Below are positions 43,427-52,335 of a DNA stretch of 52,335 nucleotides, in pieces. The stretch's first letter is position 1. Each line of letters opens with the position of its first letter. The position numbers and the translations under genes were made by a program. Source of the DNA: Anaerolineales bacterium (lineage in GTDB: Bacteria > Chloroflexota > Anaerolineae > Anaerolineales > E44-bin32); contig SOJU01000252.1 of NCBI GenBank assembly GCA_004376465.1, positions 1 through 52,335 on the forward strand, read 5' to 3'. The notes below the pieces were generated by a model. The model worked only from the letters and a program-made list of their open reading frames with translations. It ran no database searches and had not been told where the DNA came from.

Positions 43427-44464
43427 ATGCAGAAGAAGTTATTCGCTATTCTGTCGCTTCTCATCATCGCAGCATTTGTACTCGTTGCGTGTGCTCCAGC
43501 AGCGACACCTGAACCGGAGACGAAGATAAAGGCTTGCCAGGTAACGGATACTGGCGGTATCGACGATAAGTCCTTCAATGCTACAGCTTGGAAGGGTGTC
43601 GAAGATGCAGTGGCTGAATTAGGGGTTGAGGGCAAGTTCCTCGAGTCACAGCAGCAGTCCGATTACGAGAAGAACCTCAACGCCTTCATCGAAGAGGGCT
43701 GTGACCTGATCATCCCGGTCGGGTTCCTGCTGGCCGACGCCACTGTAGCTGCAGCAGAGGCCAATCCGGATATGCTCTTCTCAATTATAGATGTTGGCTG
43801 GTTGGAGGCCCCGAATATTCAGGGGCAGGCTTTCCAGACTGATGGCGCCGCATTCATGGCGGGCTATCTGGCGGCCGGCGTGAGCAAGACCGGCAAGCTG
43901 GGAACCTTCGGCGGGATACAGATACCGACCGTCACTATTTTCATGGACGGCTTTGCCTTGGGCGCAGCTCATTACAATGAAATCCATGGGACGAGCGTGG
44001 AAGTACTGGGCTGGGATATTGGGACGCAGACGGGTCTCTTCACCAACAACTTCGAGAGCCTCGAAGATGGACGGCTCATGGGTGAGCAGCTCATGGATGA
44101 GGGCGTGGATATCATCATGCCCGTCGCCGGACCGGTTGGCTTGGGCACGGCTGCCGCTGTGCAGGAGCGCGGTGATGCTTACATCGTCGGTGTCGACAAC
44201 GACTGGGCGGTAGTGAATGAGGCGTACGCCGACATCACGCTGACCTCGGTCATGAAGTTCATGGATGTGACGACCTTCAACGCCATCAAGTCGGTCGTCG
44301 ACGGCACCTTCGAAGCAGGCCTGATCATGGGCACGCTTGAGAACGGTGGCGTGGGACTCGCCGACTACCACGAGCTGGCAGGCATGGTCTCGGCAGACCT
44401 CCAGGCGGAGATCGACGGCCTGGCGGCCCAGATCATCGCGGGTGAAATCGCGACATCCCCTTAA
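43427..44464 (+). CDS. BMP-family (PnrA/Med-like) ABC transporter substrate-binding lipoprotein
   Basis: I trimmed the start to the ATG at 43427, with GGAGGA 7 nt upstream. The lipobox is LVACAP. DTGGIDDKSFNATAWKG is the BMP signature. Confidence 0.85.
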   Translation: MQKKLFAILSLLIIAAFVLVACAPAATPEPETKIKACQVTDTGGIDDKSFNATAWKGVEDAVAELGVEGKFLESQQQSDYEKNLNAFIEEGCDLIIPVGFLLADATVAAAEANPDMLFSIIDVGWLEAPNIQGQAFQTDGAAFMAGYLAAGVSKTGKLGTFGGIQIPTVTIFMDGFALGAAHYNEIHGTSVEVLGWDIGTQTGLFTNNFESLEDGRLMGEQLMDEGVDIIMPVAGPVGLGTAAAVQERGDAYIVGVDNDWAVVNEAYADITLTSVMKFMDVTTFNAIKSVVDGTFEAGLIMGTLENGGVGLADYHELAGMVSADLQAEIDGLAAQIIAGEIATSP

Positions 44465-44713
44465 CCGGCGGAGTAATTCGCACGAGAAGTCACGATTACT
44501 ACGAATCGCTGGGGCAGGCATAGGTCTGCCCCAGCAATTTTCATGCGGTAGTCGAAGGTCTCGAATCTCGGGTACTCCGAGATTGGGACGACAGACGTAG
44601 AAGTTTACACATTACCTGCGAGCGGAAGAGGGGAGACTACCGGTTTGTGCATCTGGGTAAGAATGGTAGAATCACACCTCGATTGCCCCTCCTAATTATA
44701 GCGTTATGGTGAA

Positions 44714-46234
44714 GTGATCATGGAGCCTGTCCTCGAACTTCGCGGCATTACGAAAAGATTCCCTGGTGTCCTTGCAAACGATACTATCAATCTGACCCTT
44801 GAAGAAGGAGAAATTCACGCCTTGCTGGGAGAGAACGGCGCCGGCAAGACGACGTTGATGAACATCCTTTATGGTTTGTATCAACCGGATGAGGGTGATG
44901 TGATTGTTCGTGGCAAGAAGGTTGAGATTCGCGATCCAGGAGATGCCATCGCCGAAGGCATCGGAATGGTCCATCAGCATTTCATGCTCATCCCTGTATT
45001 CACAGTAACAGAAAATGTGATGTTGGGCGAGGAGTCGCTTCGTTATGGTGATTTTCTAGATCGTGACTCCGCTACACATCGCATCCGTGAGATCTCAGAA
45101 CAGCACCATCTAGAAGTTGATCCTGATGTCTATGTGCGGGATATCGCCGTCGGTGTCCAGCAGCGTGTTGAGATTATTAAGCTCCTCTATCGCAACGCAG
45201 ACATCTTGATTTTTGATGAGCCTACGGCTGTGTTGACGCCGCAGGAGGCAGATGAGCTTTTTAAGATTATGCATTCGCTGACTGAGCTGGGTAAATCGAT
45301 CATTTTTATCACCCATAAATTACGCGAGGTGCTAGAAGTTGCCGATCGCATTTCCGTCCTTCGCCGGGGGAAAATGGTGGGCACGACGACTCCGAAGAAA
45401 GCGAGCAAAAGCGAGTTGGCGGAGATGATGGTGGGGCGTGAGGTTCAACTCGGCGTTGAGAAAAATCCGCCAAAGGTTGGCGATGCGGTATTGAAAGTCA
45501 ACGATTTAGTCGTACTTAATGACCGGAATCAGGTTGCAGTGGACGGAATCAGCATCGAGGTCCATGCAGGCGAGATTCTTGGCATCGCCGGTGTTCAAGG
45601 CAATGGGCAAACCGAGCTTGTGGAAGCCATCACTGGATTGCGCCCACCGCAGGAGGGAACGATTCATTTTTTGGAAGATGAGATATCACAAGCCACTCCG
45701 CGTGAAATCACTGAATTAGGCGCCGCCCATGTCCCCGAGGATCGCCAGCGAGATGGTTTGATCCTTCCTTTCCCTGTGGCCGACAACCTTGTGCTGAACA
45801 CTTATTACCTCCCGCCATTCACGCAAGGTGTCATCATGCAGCCAGAGGCGATTGTTGAATCGGCGGTGGAGCGAATTAATGAATTCGACATCCGCACGCC
45901 CAGTCCACAAACACCCGCTGGCTCTCTCTCTGGAGGGAACCAGCAGAAATTAATTGTGGCCCGTGAGTTCTCGCGCCCGATTAAACTATTAATTGCCTCC
46001 CAGCCCACACGAGGGTTGGATGTAGGCTCGATCGAATTTATCCATGGGCGTATTCTTGAGAAGCGCGACGAAGGAGTGGCAGTTTTGCTCGTCTCACCCG
46101 AACTGGATGAGATCATGGCCCTTTCCGACCGTATCGCGGTCATGTATAGGGGGAAAATTGCGGATACACTGCCTACAGACAAGGCCACCAAGGAGCAAAT
46201 CGGATTGCTCATGGCGGGTATTGAACAGGATTAA
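44714..46234 (+). CDS. ABC transporter ATP-binding protein with duplicated NBD (nucleoside/sugar type)
   Basis: Two ATP-binding cassettes are present. The first has GENGAGKTT, VGVQQRVEI and LIFDEPT. The second has GVQGNGQTE, LSGGNQQK and a Walker B. Confidence 0.9.
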   Translation: MIMEPVLELRGITKRFPGVLANDTINLTLEEGEIHALLGENGAGKTTLMNILYGLYQPDEGDVIVRGKKVEIRDPGDAIAEGIGMVHQHFMLIPVFTVTENVMLGEESLRYGDFLDRDSATHRIREISEQHHLEVDPDVYVRDIAVGVQQRVEIIKLLYRNADILIFDEPTAVLTPQEADELFKIMHSLTELGKSIIFITHKLREVLEVADRISVLRRGKMVGTTTPKKASKSELAEMMVGREVQLGVEKNPPKVGDAVLKVNDLVVLNDRNQVAVDGISIEVHAGEILGIAGVQGNGQTELVEAITGLRPPQEGTIHFLEDEISQATPREITELGAAHVPEDRQRDGLILPFPVADNLVLNTYYLPPFTQGVIMQPEAIVESAVERINEFDIRTPSPQTPAGSLSGGNQQKLIVAREFSRPIKLLIASQPTRGLDVGSIEFIHGRILEKRDEGVAVLLVSPELDEIMALSDRIAVMYRGKIADTLPTDKATKEQIGLLMAGIEQD

Positions 46235-46291
46235 GAAGCAGCTCCCAAAAAATAATCGGCTGAGAAACCTAGTTCGCAGCGAGGTCCACAC

Positions 46292-47569
46292 TTGAGCGAG
46301 AAACAAAAACCCAAGAAAAAAGGCGTGGGCGAGATCCTGTTAGAGGAGATCAACGGCAAACCCTCCGGGGGGTCATCTCGGCGTAAACTTGGGCAAACCC
46401 TTGCTATACCCATGCTGGCTATCTTCAGCGGCCTGGTGTTGGGGGCGATAATAATCGCAGTGACCTCCGAGAGCGTCTACACTGCCTGGGCGCAATCGCC
46501 GCTTGCGGCTTTTGGAGCCGCGTGGGAGGAAGTCCGGATAGCCTACACTGCACTCTTTACAGGATCGATTGGATCTCCTGCTCGGATAATAGCTGCTTTC
46601 CAGAGCGGGGATAGTCTTGAAATCCGACGGGCGTTCAACCCCTTCCTCGAGAGTCTCGTCGCTAGCACCCCATATATCTTTGGAAGCCTGGCAGTTGCAC
46701 TTGGTTTCCGCGCTGGTTTGTTCAATATCGGAGTAGAGGGACAGCTCTTTATTGGCGCGATATTTGCGGCCTTCGTGGGGTATTCGATCACAGGATTGCC
46801 CCCGATCATCCACATTCCTCTGGCAATACTCGCGGGAGCATTAGGCGGAGCTATCTGGGGTTTCATCCCCGGCTGGCTGAAGGTGAAGACCGGCGGGCAT
46901 GAAGTGATTAATACGATCATGCTGAATTTCATCGCTTTCCGCATAAGTGACTGGCTGTTGAGCGGTCCGATGCAGCGCCCTGATTCGTTCAACCCCGTCA
47001 GTCCGACGATTCAGGAAAGTGCCATGCTCCCTCGTTTCTTCGAATCACCTATCCGGTTTCATTTAGGTTTTTTCTTAGCGCTCGTTGCGGCATGGCTGGT
47101 GTACTGGCTCCTTTTTAAGACAAAATGGGGCTTTGACCTACGCTCGGTGGGAGCAAATCCGAGGGCTGCCCGCTATGCGGGGATGAGCATCATGGGAACA
47201 ACAGTTCTCGCCATGTCCCTTTCTGGAGCATTGGCAGGATTGGCTGGCACGAACGAGGTCCTGGGGCTCAACCACAACTTAGCGATGGCCTTCTCCGCGG
47301 GCTATGGTTTTGACAGCATCGCTCTTGCCCTGCTCGGAAAGAGCCACCCTCTGGGAGTAGTCCTTGCGTCATTATTGTTTGGAACGCTGCGTAATGGTGC
47401 AACACGAATGCAAGTTGTCGCTCAAGTCCCGATCGACATTATCACCGTGTTGCAGGCCCTGATACTTGTCTTTATCGCCGCGCCGGCGATCATCCGTACA
47501 ATCTACCGTTTGCGAGAGCCAAAAGATGAGGAAGAAGGCGTAACGATTCGCGGCTGGGGAGGCGACTGA
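46292..47569 (+). CDS. ABC transporter permease (BMP/nucleoside uptake family)
   Basis: The TTG start has GAGG 7 nt upstream. The protein is multi-TM, with FNIGVEGQLFIGA typical of the branched-chain/ribose-type permease fold. Confidence 0.85.
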   Translation: MSEKQKPKKKGVGEILLEEINGKPSGGSSRRKLGQTLAIPMLAIFSGLVLGAIIIAVTSESVYTAWAQSPLAAFGAAWEEVRIAYTALFTGSIGSPARIIAAFQSGDSLEIRRAFNPFLESLVASTPYIFGSLAVALGFRAGLFNIGVEGQLFIGAIFAAFVGYSITGLPPIIHIPLAILAGALGGAIWGFIPGWLKVKTGGHEVINTIMLNFIAFRISDWLLSGPMQRPDSFNPVSPTIQESAMLPRFFESPIRFHLGFFLALVAAWLVYWLLFKTKWGFDLRSVGANPRAARYAGMSIMGTTVLAMSLSGALAGLAGTNEVLGLNHNLAMAFSAGYGFDSIALALLGKSHPLGVVLASLLFGTLRNGATRMQVVAQVPIDIITVLQALILVFIAAPAIIRTIYRLREPKDEEEGVTIRGWGGD

Positions 47570-47571
47570 GA

Positions 47572-48837
47572 ATGGCATCAACAGCTGTGCAACGTGAGAT
47601 AAAGCTTGTGAAACCGACTCGGCAGCGTGTGATGGGCATTATATTTCTGGGGCTCGCGGCGGCGATATGGCTGATCTTCAGTCGGTCTACCGATGCGGGT
47701 TTAATCACCACCTTCAAACTCGTTCCCGGAGGCGTTGAGTCGAATCTTCCCGACTGGCAAATGCCGACGCTGATGACCCTCAACCTTCTGGCGATCGCCT
47801 GCGCGTTTCTAGGTGGCGTACAACTTTTCCGCGGTTTTGGGAGACGCACAAATCTGGTGCTTTCGATCGTCTCCGCCTTGTTCATCTTCGGCTTTCTAGT
47901 TTGGGCGGCAGCCGACAAATCGATGAACTTGACGGGTTTGCTCAACACGGCGCTTAGCATGGCTGTGCCAATTACGCTTGGAGCGTTCTCTGGTATTCTG
48001 TGTGAGCGAGCAGGTGTAGTGAACATCGCCATTGAGGGTATGATGCTTGCGGCGGCGATGGTCGGAGCGCTTGTCGGAAGTATCTCGGGGAGTTTGTGGG
48101 TGGGTTTATTCTCCGCCGTTCTTACGGGAGCCTTGCTCGGTCTTGTTCATGCCATTCTCTCGATCAAGTATCTGACCGATCAGATTATCTCCGGCACTGT
48201 AATCAACATCTTCGCCGGAGGCATGACCGCCTTCGTCTCGGCAAAATTCATGCAGATCAATCAGTCCTTAAATGATCCAGGGATCTTCAAACCCATAGAA
48301 ATCCCGCTCCTTTCGGAGATTCCAATCTTTGGACCCATCCTGTTTGACAACAACATTTTCGTATACGCCATGTTCATTTTTATGGTCGTGCTCCATATTG
48401 GGCTTTTTTACACTCGTTGGGGGCTGCGAATGCGTTCGGTAGGTGAGTACCCAAAGGCGGCGGACACGCTCGGGATCAACGTCTTCCGCACGCGCTATAT
48501 GGCGGTCATCCTGGGTGGGATGATGGCGGGATTCGCGGGTGCCTATTTCACGTTAGGCTCGGTTGGACGTTTTGATGAGTTTATGACTGCCGGGCGCGGT
48601 TTCATCGCTCTGGCGGCAATGATCTTCGGCAACTGGACTCCCTTCGGTTCTTTCGGCGCCGGTTTGTTATTTGGGTTTTCTGACTCGCTGGCCTCCAAAG
48701 TGGCGATCCTCGGGGTCCAAATCCCCTCTCAACTCTTAGGGATGGCGCCCTATGTAGTGACGATGATCGTCCTCGCGGGCGTGGTCGGGCGAGGCCAAAT
48801 GCCAGCGGCGGATGGACAGCCTTACGTGAAGGAGTAA
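47572..48837 (+). CDS. ABC transporter permease (second subunit)
   Basis: It starts 2 nt after the upstream stop. The protein is multi-TM, with GVVNIAIEGMMLAAAM as the equivalent motif. Confidence 0.9.
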   Translation: MASTAVQREIKLVKPTRQRVMGIIFLGLAAAIWLIFSRSTDAGLITTFKLVPGGVESNLPDWQMPTLMTLNLLAIACAFLGGVQLFRGFGRRTNLVLSIVSALFIFGFLVWAAADKSMNLTGLLNTALSMAVPITLGAFSGILCERAGVVNIAIEGMMLAAAMVGALVGSISGSLWVGLFSAVLTGALLGLVHAILSIKYLTDQIISGTVINIFAGGMTAFVSAKFMQINQSLNDPGIFKPIEIPLLSEIPIFGPILFDNNIFVYAMFIFMVVLHIGLFYTRWGLRMRSVGEYPKAADTLGINVFRTRYMAVILGGMMAGFAGAYFTLGSVGRFDEFMTAGRGFIALAAMIFGNWTPFGSFGAGLLFGFSDSLASKVAILGVQIPSQLLGMAPYVVTMIVLAGVVGRGQMPAADGQPYVKE

Positions 48838-49288
48838 AAGACCTAATCTGCGGGGGCGTGGGTCTGCTACGCATAAGCGACACTTCCTGAAACTTCTATC
48901 GCTGAGTGTGATCTGATGGTGTGTTCATCAGAGCCCCTCGGCGCTTTTTTTATTAAATAAATTCTCCTCCAAATTGTGTGGGTGACCAAACAGATTGTAG
49001 CTGCTCAACTCCAAGCCATTATTAATACGTTGGGGCCGAGAGTTGCTGTAATTATTCTCTCCCCCCCGTTCGCCCCTCATAGGGGATGCAGGGGACCATT
49101 TCATCGTCCCCCGCACCCCCTTCCGAATGGCTACCATCGCAATCCATATACGCCCAAGTTCCAAAGCCGGGCTCTGCCCAATCTACTCCGAATTGCGTTT
49201 CAATGTGAAAAAGAGATTAAGATAACGATATTTCCACATCTTCGGATTTGCATAGTTGGTTTAAGCTGAGAGCTTGATGTTTGATCCG

Positions 49289-49440
49289 GGGGGTGTGCTC
49301 CACGCTGCGCTCTGAGTGCTTCGCGAGGGGAGTGGTCCCTCGACAAGCTCGGGATGATAAGTCCCCCACAGTCCCCTCGCGTGCATCCCCGAAGCAGAGC
49401 GGAGGGGGCATTGGGAGATTTGGGGGAAGAAAAGAAAAAC
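49289..49440 (-). repeat. Intergenic dispersed repeat, copy B (forward on - strand)
   Basis: Its reverse complement aligns with 34883-35034 (see copy A). It lies 236 nt downstream of the murJ stop on the same strand. Confidence 0.85.
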
Positions 49441-49675
49441 AAGCCATCACCTACGCAAAGGTCGTCCTATTCGTTCATGCACGCAATCCTCAAGGTGCAG
49501 GCTGTGCCTGCGGCCGGAAGCAGAGCGTCCTGATCGCTAAGTAATAAGAAGACCACTAATTTGTTATGGTTATGAAGATTAACAGGATGGACGCCTCTGC
49601 CCGTCATTATGGATGAGAAACAGACGTTGCAGGATTTGTCCGGTGTTGCTGAGGGGATCAGGTTGCAGGGGCATC

Positions 49676-51268
49676 TTAGGTGCGACGCAGGAATTGGATC
49701 AAAGCCAGAGGCAATGTGCGAATCTCTTTAATACCGAGCAAAAGAGCCGTTCCAAAATAAACTACCGCCCCGAGCAATCCGCCACCCAGGAGCATAAGCA
49801 AGGGTCCCGGGTTAAGAAAGCGATCGAGAAGTAAAATGGTGGCGCCCATCGCCAGCGCTGCGATGGTAGCTTTTCCTGCATCGATGAGGATACGGCGGGC
49901 ATCTATAATGCGCCAGCGGCGATGAAGGATCGTTAGCCCGATTAGCGCCTCGATGCCAACGGCGATGCCGTTCGCAAGCGCCAGACCGCCATGTTCGAGA
50001 CCACCCTGCATAAGGGGCCGCGAGAGGGTGATCGCCAAACCGATATTAAGTGCGGTCGTGAAGAATGAGACCAGAAGCGGCGTGAGCGTATCCTTCTGGG
50101 CGGCAAAAGCACGGACGACGACTTCGAGCATGGATTGGCTGATGAGTGCCAGCGCGTAGAACTGCAGAGCGAAGAAAACCAGGTTTGTGCTTTCGGCTGT
50201 GAATTCACCCCCCTCGAACAGAACCTGGATTACCGGACGACCAAGGACGATCAGGGCGACAGCTGCAGGAATGGCGAGCGTGAGAATGGCACGTAACGCT
50301 CCGCTGATAGCTGCTCGCTGAGCCTTGAATTCCCCTCTCGCAGCGAGGACGGCGAGCGTGGGGAAAACGGCTATGCCGATCGCCGTACCGATGAGAGTCC
50401 ATGGTGTGTTCATCAACTGAAAGGCGTAGCGCAGGGAGGAAACCCGTCCTTCGCCAAGGCCTGACCCCAGGTTGGAATTGATCCAATCGATGCTGGCACG
50501 GGCCATGAGCAAGTCAATCACGCGCGGCGCCATGAGAATGGCAACGCGTCGCAGCGCTGGGTTGTTCCATCCGAGCATCAACCGCGGCTGTATTCGATTG
50601 CGGACAAGACCAGGAATTTGGATGAGCAGGTGGAGTGTGGCGCCGATCACTGCTCCCCACGCCAGCCCGAAGATTCCCAGACTAGGTTCCAGAACCAGCG
50701 CTCCAAAGATGATGCCCAGGCTGTACATCGACGGTGCCAGCGCGGGCAGTAAGAAGTGTTGATGGGCGTGCAGCGCCCCGGTGAGGATGCTGCTGACTGC
50801 GAAGATGATTGTCGAAATGAGTAGGATGCGCATGATCTGCGCAGTTAACAGTTGGACCTCGGCGGGAAAGTGGGGTCCAATCCCCCAGGGGGCGGATACG
50901 AGGGTTGGTGCAAAGAACGCAAGCAGAACTGCTGCTATCCCTGTCAGGAGGAGAATCGTAGTAATAACCTGACCTACCAGGCTATTCGCCTCATCAGACC
51001 GCTCTTTGCCGAGTAGTTCGGTGTAAATTGGGATGAAGGCGAAGGCGAGCGCCCCGCCGGCGAGCATGGTGAAGAGCAGTTCAGGAATGCCATTCGCGGC
51101 CGAATATGCGTCGAGAGCCGCGGAAGTGCCAAATTTACCGGCGACAATGCGCTGGCGGATAAGTCCAATCACGATCGAGGCAGACAGCCCTGCCATCACA
51201 ACCAGGGTAGAACGGGCGATGCGCGTCGAGCGTGAGTTCGCTTCGGGTGCAGCTGCTTGGGTCATCAT
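49676..51268 (-). CDS. murJ: Lipid II flippase MurJ (MviN family)
   Basis: It is 530 aa with about 14 TM segments. The N-terminal SRIxGLIRQRIVAGKFGTSAALDAYSAA pattern is typical of MurJ. Confidence 0.9.
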   Translation of the reverse strand: MMTQAAAPEANSRSTRIARSTLVVMAGLSASIVIGLIRQRIVAGKFGTSAALDAYSAANGIPELLFTMLAGGALAFAFIPIYTELLGKERSDEANSLVGQVITTILLLTGIAAVLLAFFAPTLVSAPWGIGPHFPAEVQLLTAQIMRILLISTIIFAVSSILTGALHAHQHFLLPALAPSMYSLGIIFGALVLEPSLGIFGLAWGAVIGATLHLLIQIPGLVRNRIQPRLMLGWNNPALRRVAILMAPRVIDLLMARASIDWINSNLGSGLGEGRVSSLRYAFQLMNTPWTLIGTAIGIAVFPTLAVLAARGEFKAQRAAISGALRAILTLAIPAAVALIVLGRPVIQVLFEGGEFTAESTNLVFFALQFYALALISQSMLEVVVRAFAAQKDTLTPLLVSFFTTALNIGLAITLSRPLMQGGLEHGGLALANGIAVGIEALIGLTILHRRWRIIDARRILIDAGKATIAALAMGATILLLDRFLNPGPLLMLLGGGLLGAVVYFGTALLLGIKEIRTLPLALIQFLRRT

Positions 51269-51279
51269 AGGGTTTTGTT

Positions 51280-52332
51280 TTAGGAGATTACACCGAGACG
51301 CCTGAGCTGTGCAAGCGCCGGCTCCCAGTCAGGATGCCATTTCAAAGCTCTTTCGAAATCTTCGATCGCACCGGCTACATCCCCCAGAGCCTCTCGCGCC
51401 AGAGCACGCCAATAGAAGCTCTCTTCGACTGATGGCTCGCTCATGTTGTAAATGGTGAAGTCCGCCAAGCTGACTACATCATAGTAGCGACCGCTGTAAT
51501 AGTATGCAAAGTATGGACCGGTCTGGTACCAAAGCATTCGCCACGCTCGGTATTCCGGGTCGCTGAAGGCTAATTCAGCATCGATTTGGAAGGCTTCATC
51601 ATAGGCCGCGGCGGCTCCGGCATAGTCCTGCAGGGCTTTTAAATTTGTGCCCCGGTTGAACCACGCGAAAAACAGTGGGCGCCCGCTGAGCAGGAAAATC
51701 TCGTCGGAGGCAAGTTGGGCAGCGTACTGGAAATTGTAGGTCTCATCCACGTGCGGTCCGAGCAATGCAAAAACATCTACCTCTCGGTCGGGTGGATAGA
51801 TGACCATGTAGGTGTTATTAAAATGGCGCCAATAGAGCTCGAGTTTGTCGTAGTCGACGGGAAGATCGGACATTATGTAGGAATCTTGGGCAGTGAAAAG
51901 CCGTTTTTCATCATCGTAGCCAGTGAGGACCTCATAATGTCCCATCCAGCCATCGAAACCAGGTCCTTCAAAACCTTTCTCGACAAGCACAGGAAAGCCG
52001 GCGGCGATGAATTTCTTCAGCAGTTCGATATCTCCGCCAACCCGAGTGATCACCTTTAGCCCCGTCTCATCCTCGACGAAGTTCGCCAACTCATAAGGCA
52101 TGACATTCTTATCGCGCGGATTGGGTTTGACGAACTCTGCGATGGGTCGTTGATCGCCATCCCAGCCCCAGAAGGAAAGCGCCATAGAGAGGTTGGCCGG
52201 GCCGCAATTATTCCACTTCTGGTATTCGTGGCGGACACCGGTGAGCTGCACGCTTCCGGGGATTGTGGTTGGAACGGGGCTCGGCGTTGGAGTGAGTGTC
52301 GCTGTCGCGGCAGCGTTTGGCGTGACCGTCAC
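51280..52332 (-). CDS. Peptidase C39-like domain protein with C-terminal TPR repeats; N-terminus lies outside the window
   Basis: The ORF is open to the window edge. After a Pro/Thr linker comes QKWNNCGPANLSMALSFWGW (C39-like catalytic Cys context). TPR-like repeats follow (AAAAYDEAF..., YWRALAREALGDVAGAIEDFERAL). Confidence 0.7.
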   Translation of the reverse strand: MTVTPNAAATATLTPTPSPVPTTIPGSVQLTGVRHEYQKWNNCGPANLSMALSFWGWDGDQRPIAEFVKPNPRDKNVMPYELANFVEDETGLKVITRVGGDIELLKKFIAAGFPVLVEKGFEGPGFDGWMGHYEVLTGYDDEKRLFTAQDSYIMSDLPVDYDKLELYWRHFNNTYMVIYPPDREVDVFALLGPHVDETYNFQYAAQLASDEIFLLSGRPLFFAWFNRGTNLKALQDYAGAAAAYDEAFQIDAELAFSDPEYRAWRMLWYQTGPYFAYYYSGRYYDVVSLADFTIYNMSEPSVEESFYWRALAREALGDVAGAIEDFERALKWHPDWEPALAQLRRLGVIS

Positions 52333-52335
52333 CGT

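Noticed and set aside
43781-44521. 246-aa ORF on the minus strand. Similar long ORFs occur at 2561-3214, 6673-7299, 18135-18785, 47490-48032 and 8958-9398.
   Set aside because: All lie antisense to, or out of frame within, genes with strong family signatures. Their products are Arg/Pro/Ser-rich and low in complexity, with no SD. They are typical shadow ORFs of GC-rich DNA.
34883-49440. The two inverted repeat copies could delimit a 14.5-kb composite transposon or invertible segment.
   Set aside because: The interval has no transposase, integrase or invertase. It carries core genes (recF, def, ftsK) and an ABC importer. The repeats are more simply explained as members of a dispersed intergenic family.
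1-52335. Scan for CRISPR arrays, tRNA/rRNA genes, transposases and integrases.
   Set aside because: I saw no regularly spaced direct repeats, no T-loop/acceptor-type tRNA signatures in the intergenic regions, and no recombinase-like ORFs. This by-eye scan could miss degenerate elements.

Overview
This is a 52.3-kb bacterial chromosomal window with dense coding on both strands, many GTG/TTG starts and several overlapping stop/start junctions. The protein repertoire (Pro/Thr-linker membrane proteins, RNase J, toastrack/SHOCT-type modules) suggests a Chloroflexota/Anaerolineae-like organism, but that is inference only. Reading left to right: (1) 1-10.9 kb is a surface-glycan locus: a bi-domain oxidoreductase, a heparinase II/III-like protein, a GT4, a PglC-like initiating sugar transferase and a DegT aminotransferase. 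Embedded in it are 2-oxoacid dehydrogenase E1 alpha/beta genes and a chimeric protein made of a lipoyl domain, an E3-binding domain and a NeuD/PglD-type acyltransferase. (2) 11-12.4 kb holds a PadR plus membrane-sensor pair. (3) 12.8-16.5 kb holds housekeeping genes (PpiC-type isomerase, RNase J, cold-shock protein). (4) 16.7-19.9 kb holds a cobalamin riboswitch driving a BtuFCD-like importer, followed by HD-domain and SurE genes. (5) 21.7-23.6 kb holds a response regulator and a RumA-type methyltransferase. (6) 23.9-28.3 kb is a promoter-to-terminator unit: DUF2089 regulator, DUF4097 'toastrack' protein, double GNAT, a membrane/soluble paralogue pair and a DUF360 holin-like protein. Four of its six proteins carry the same short bihelical motif, and I consider this the best candidate for an undescribed system, together with the chimeric E2 in the glycan locus. 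(7) 28.4-34.9 kb holds thrC, a multi-GAF histidine kinase, an MBL-fold protein, an asparaginase and rsmG. (8) 35-37 kb is an AT-rich islet with an AAA/DUF4143 ATPase and two palindromes. (9) 37-51 kb holds recF, def, a cNMP-binding membrane protein, ftsK, a BMP-type ABC importer and murJ. An approximately 152-nt intergenic repeat occurs twice in inverted orientation, at 34.9 and 49.3 kb. I recognised no rRNA genes, tRNA genes, CRISPR arrays or transposases. All family assignments come from motif recognition by eye, not from database searches.
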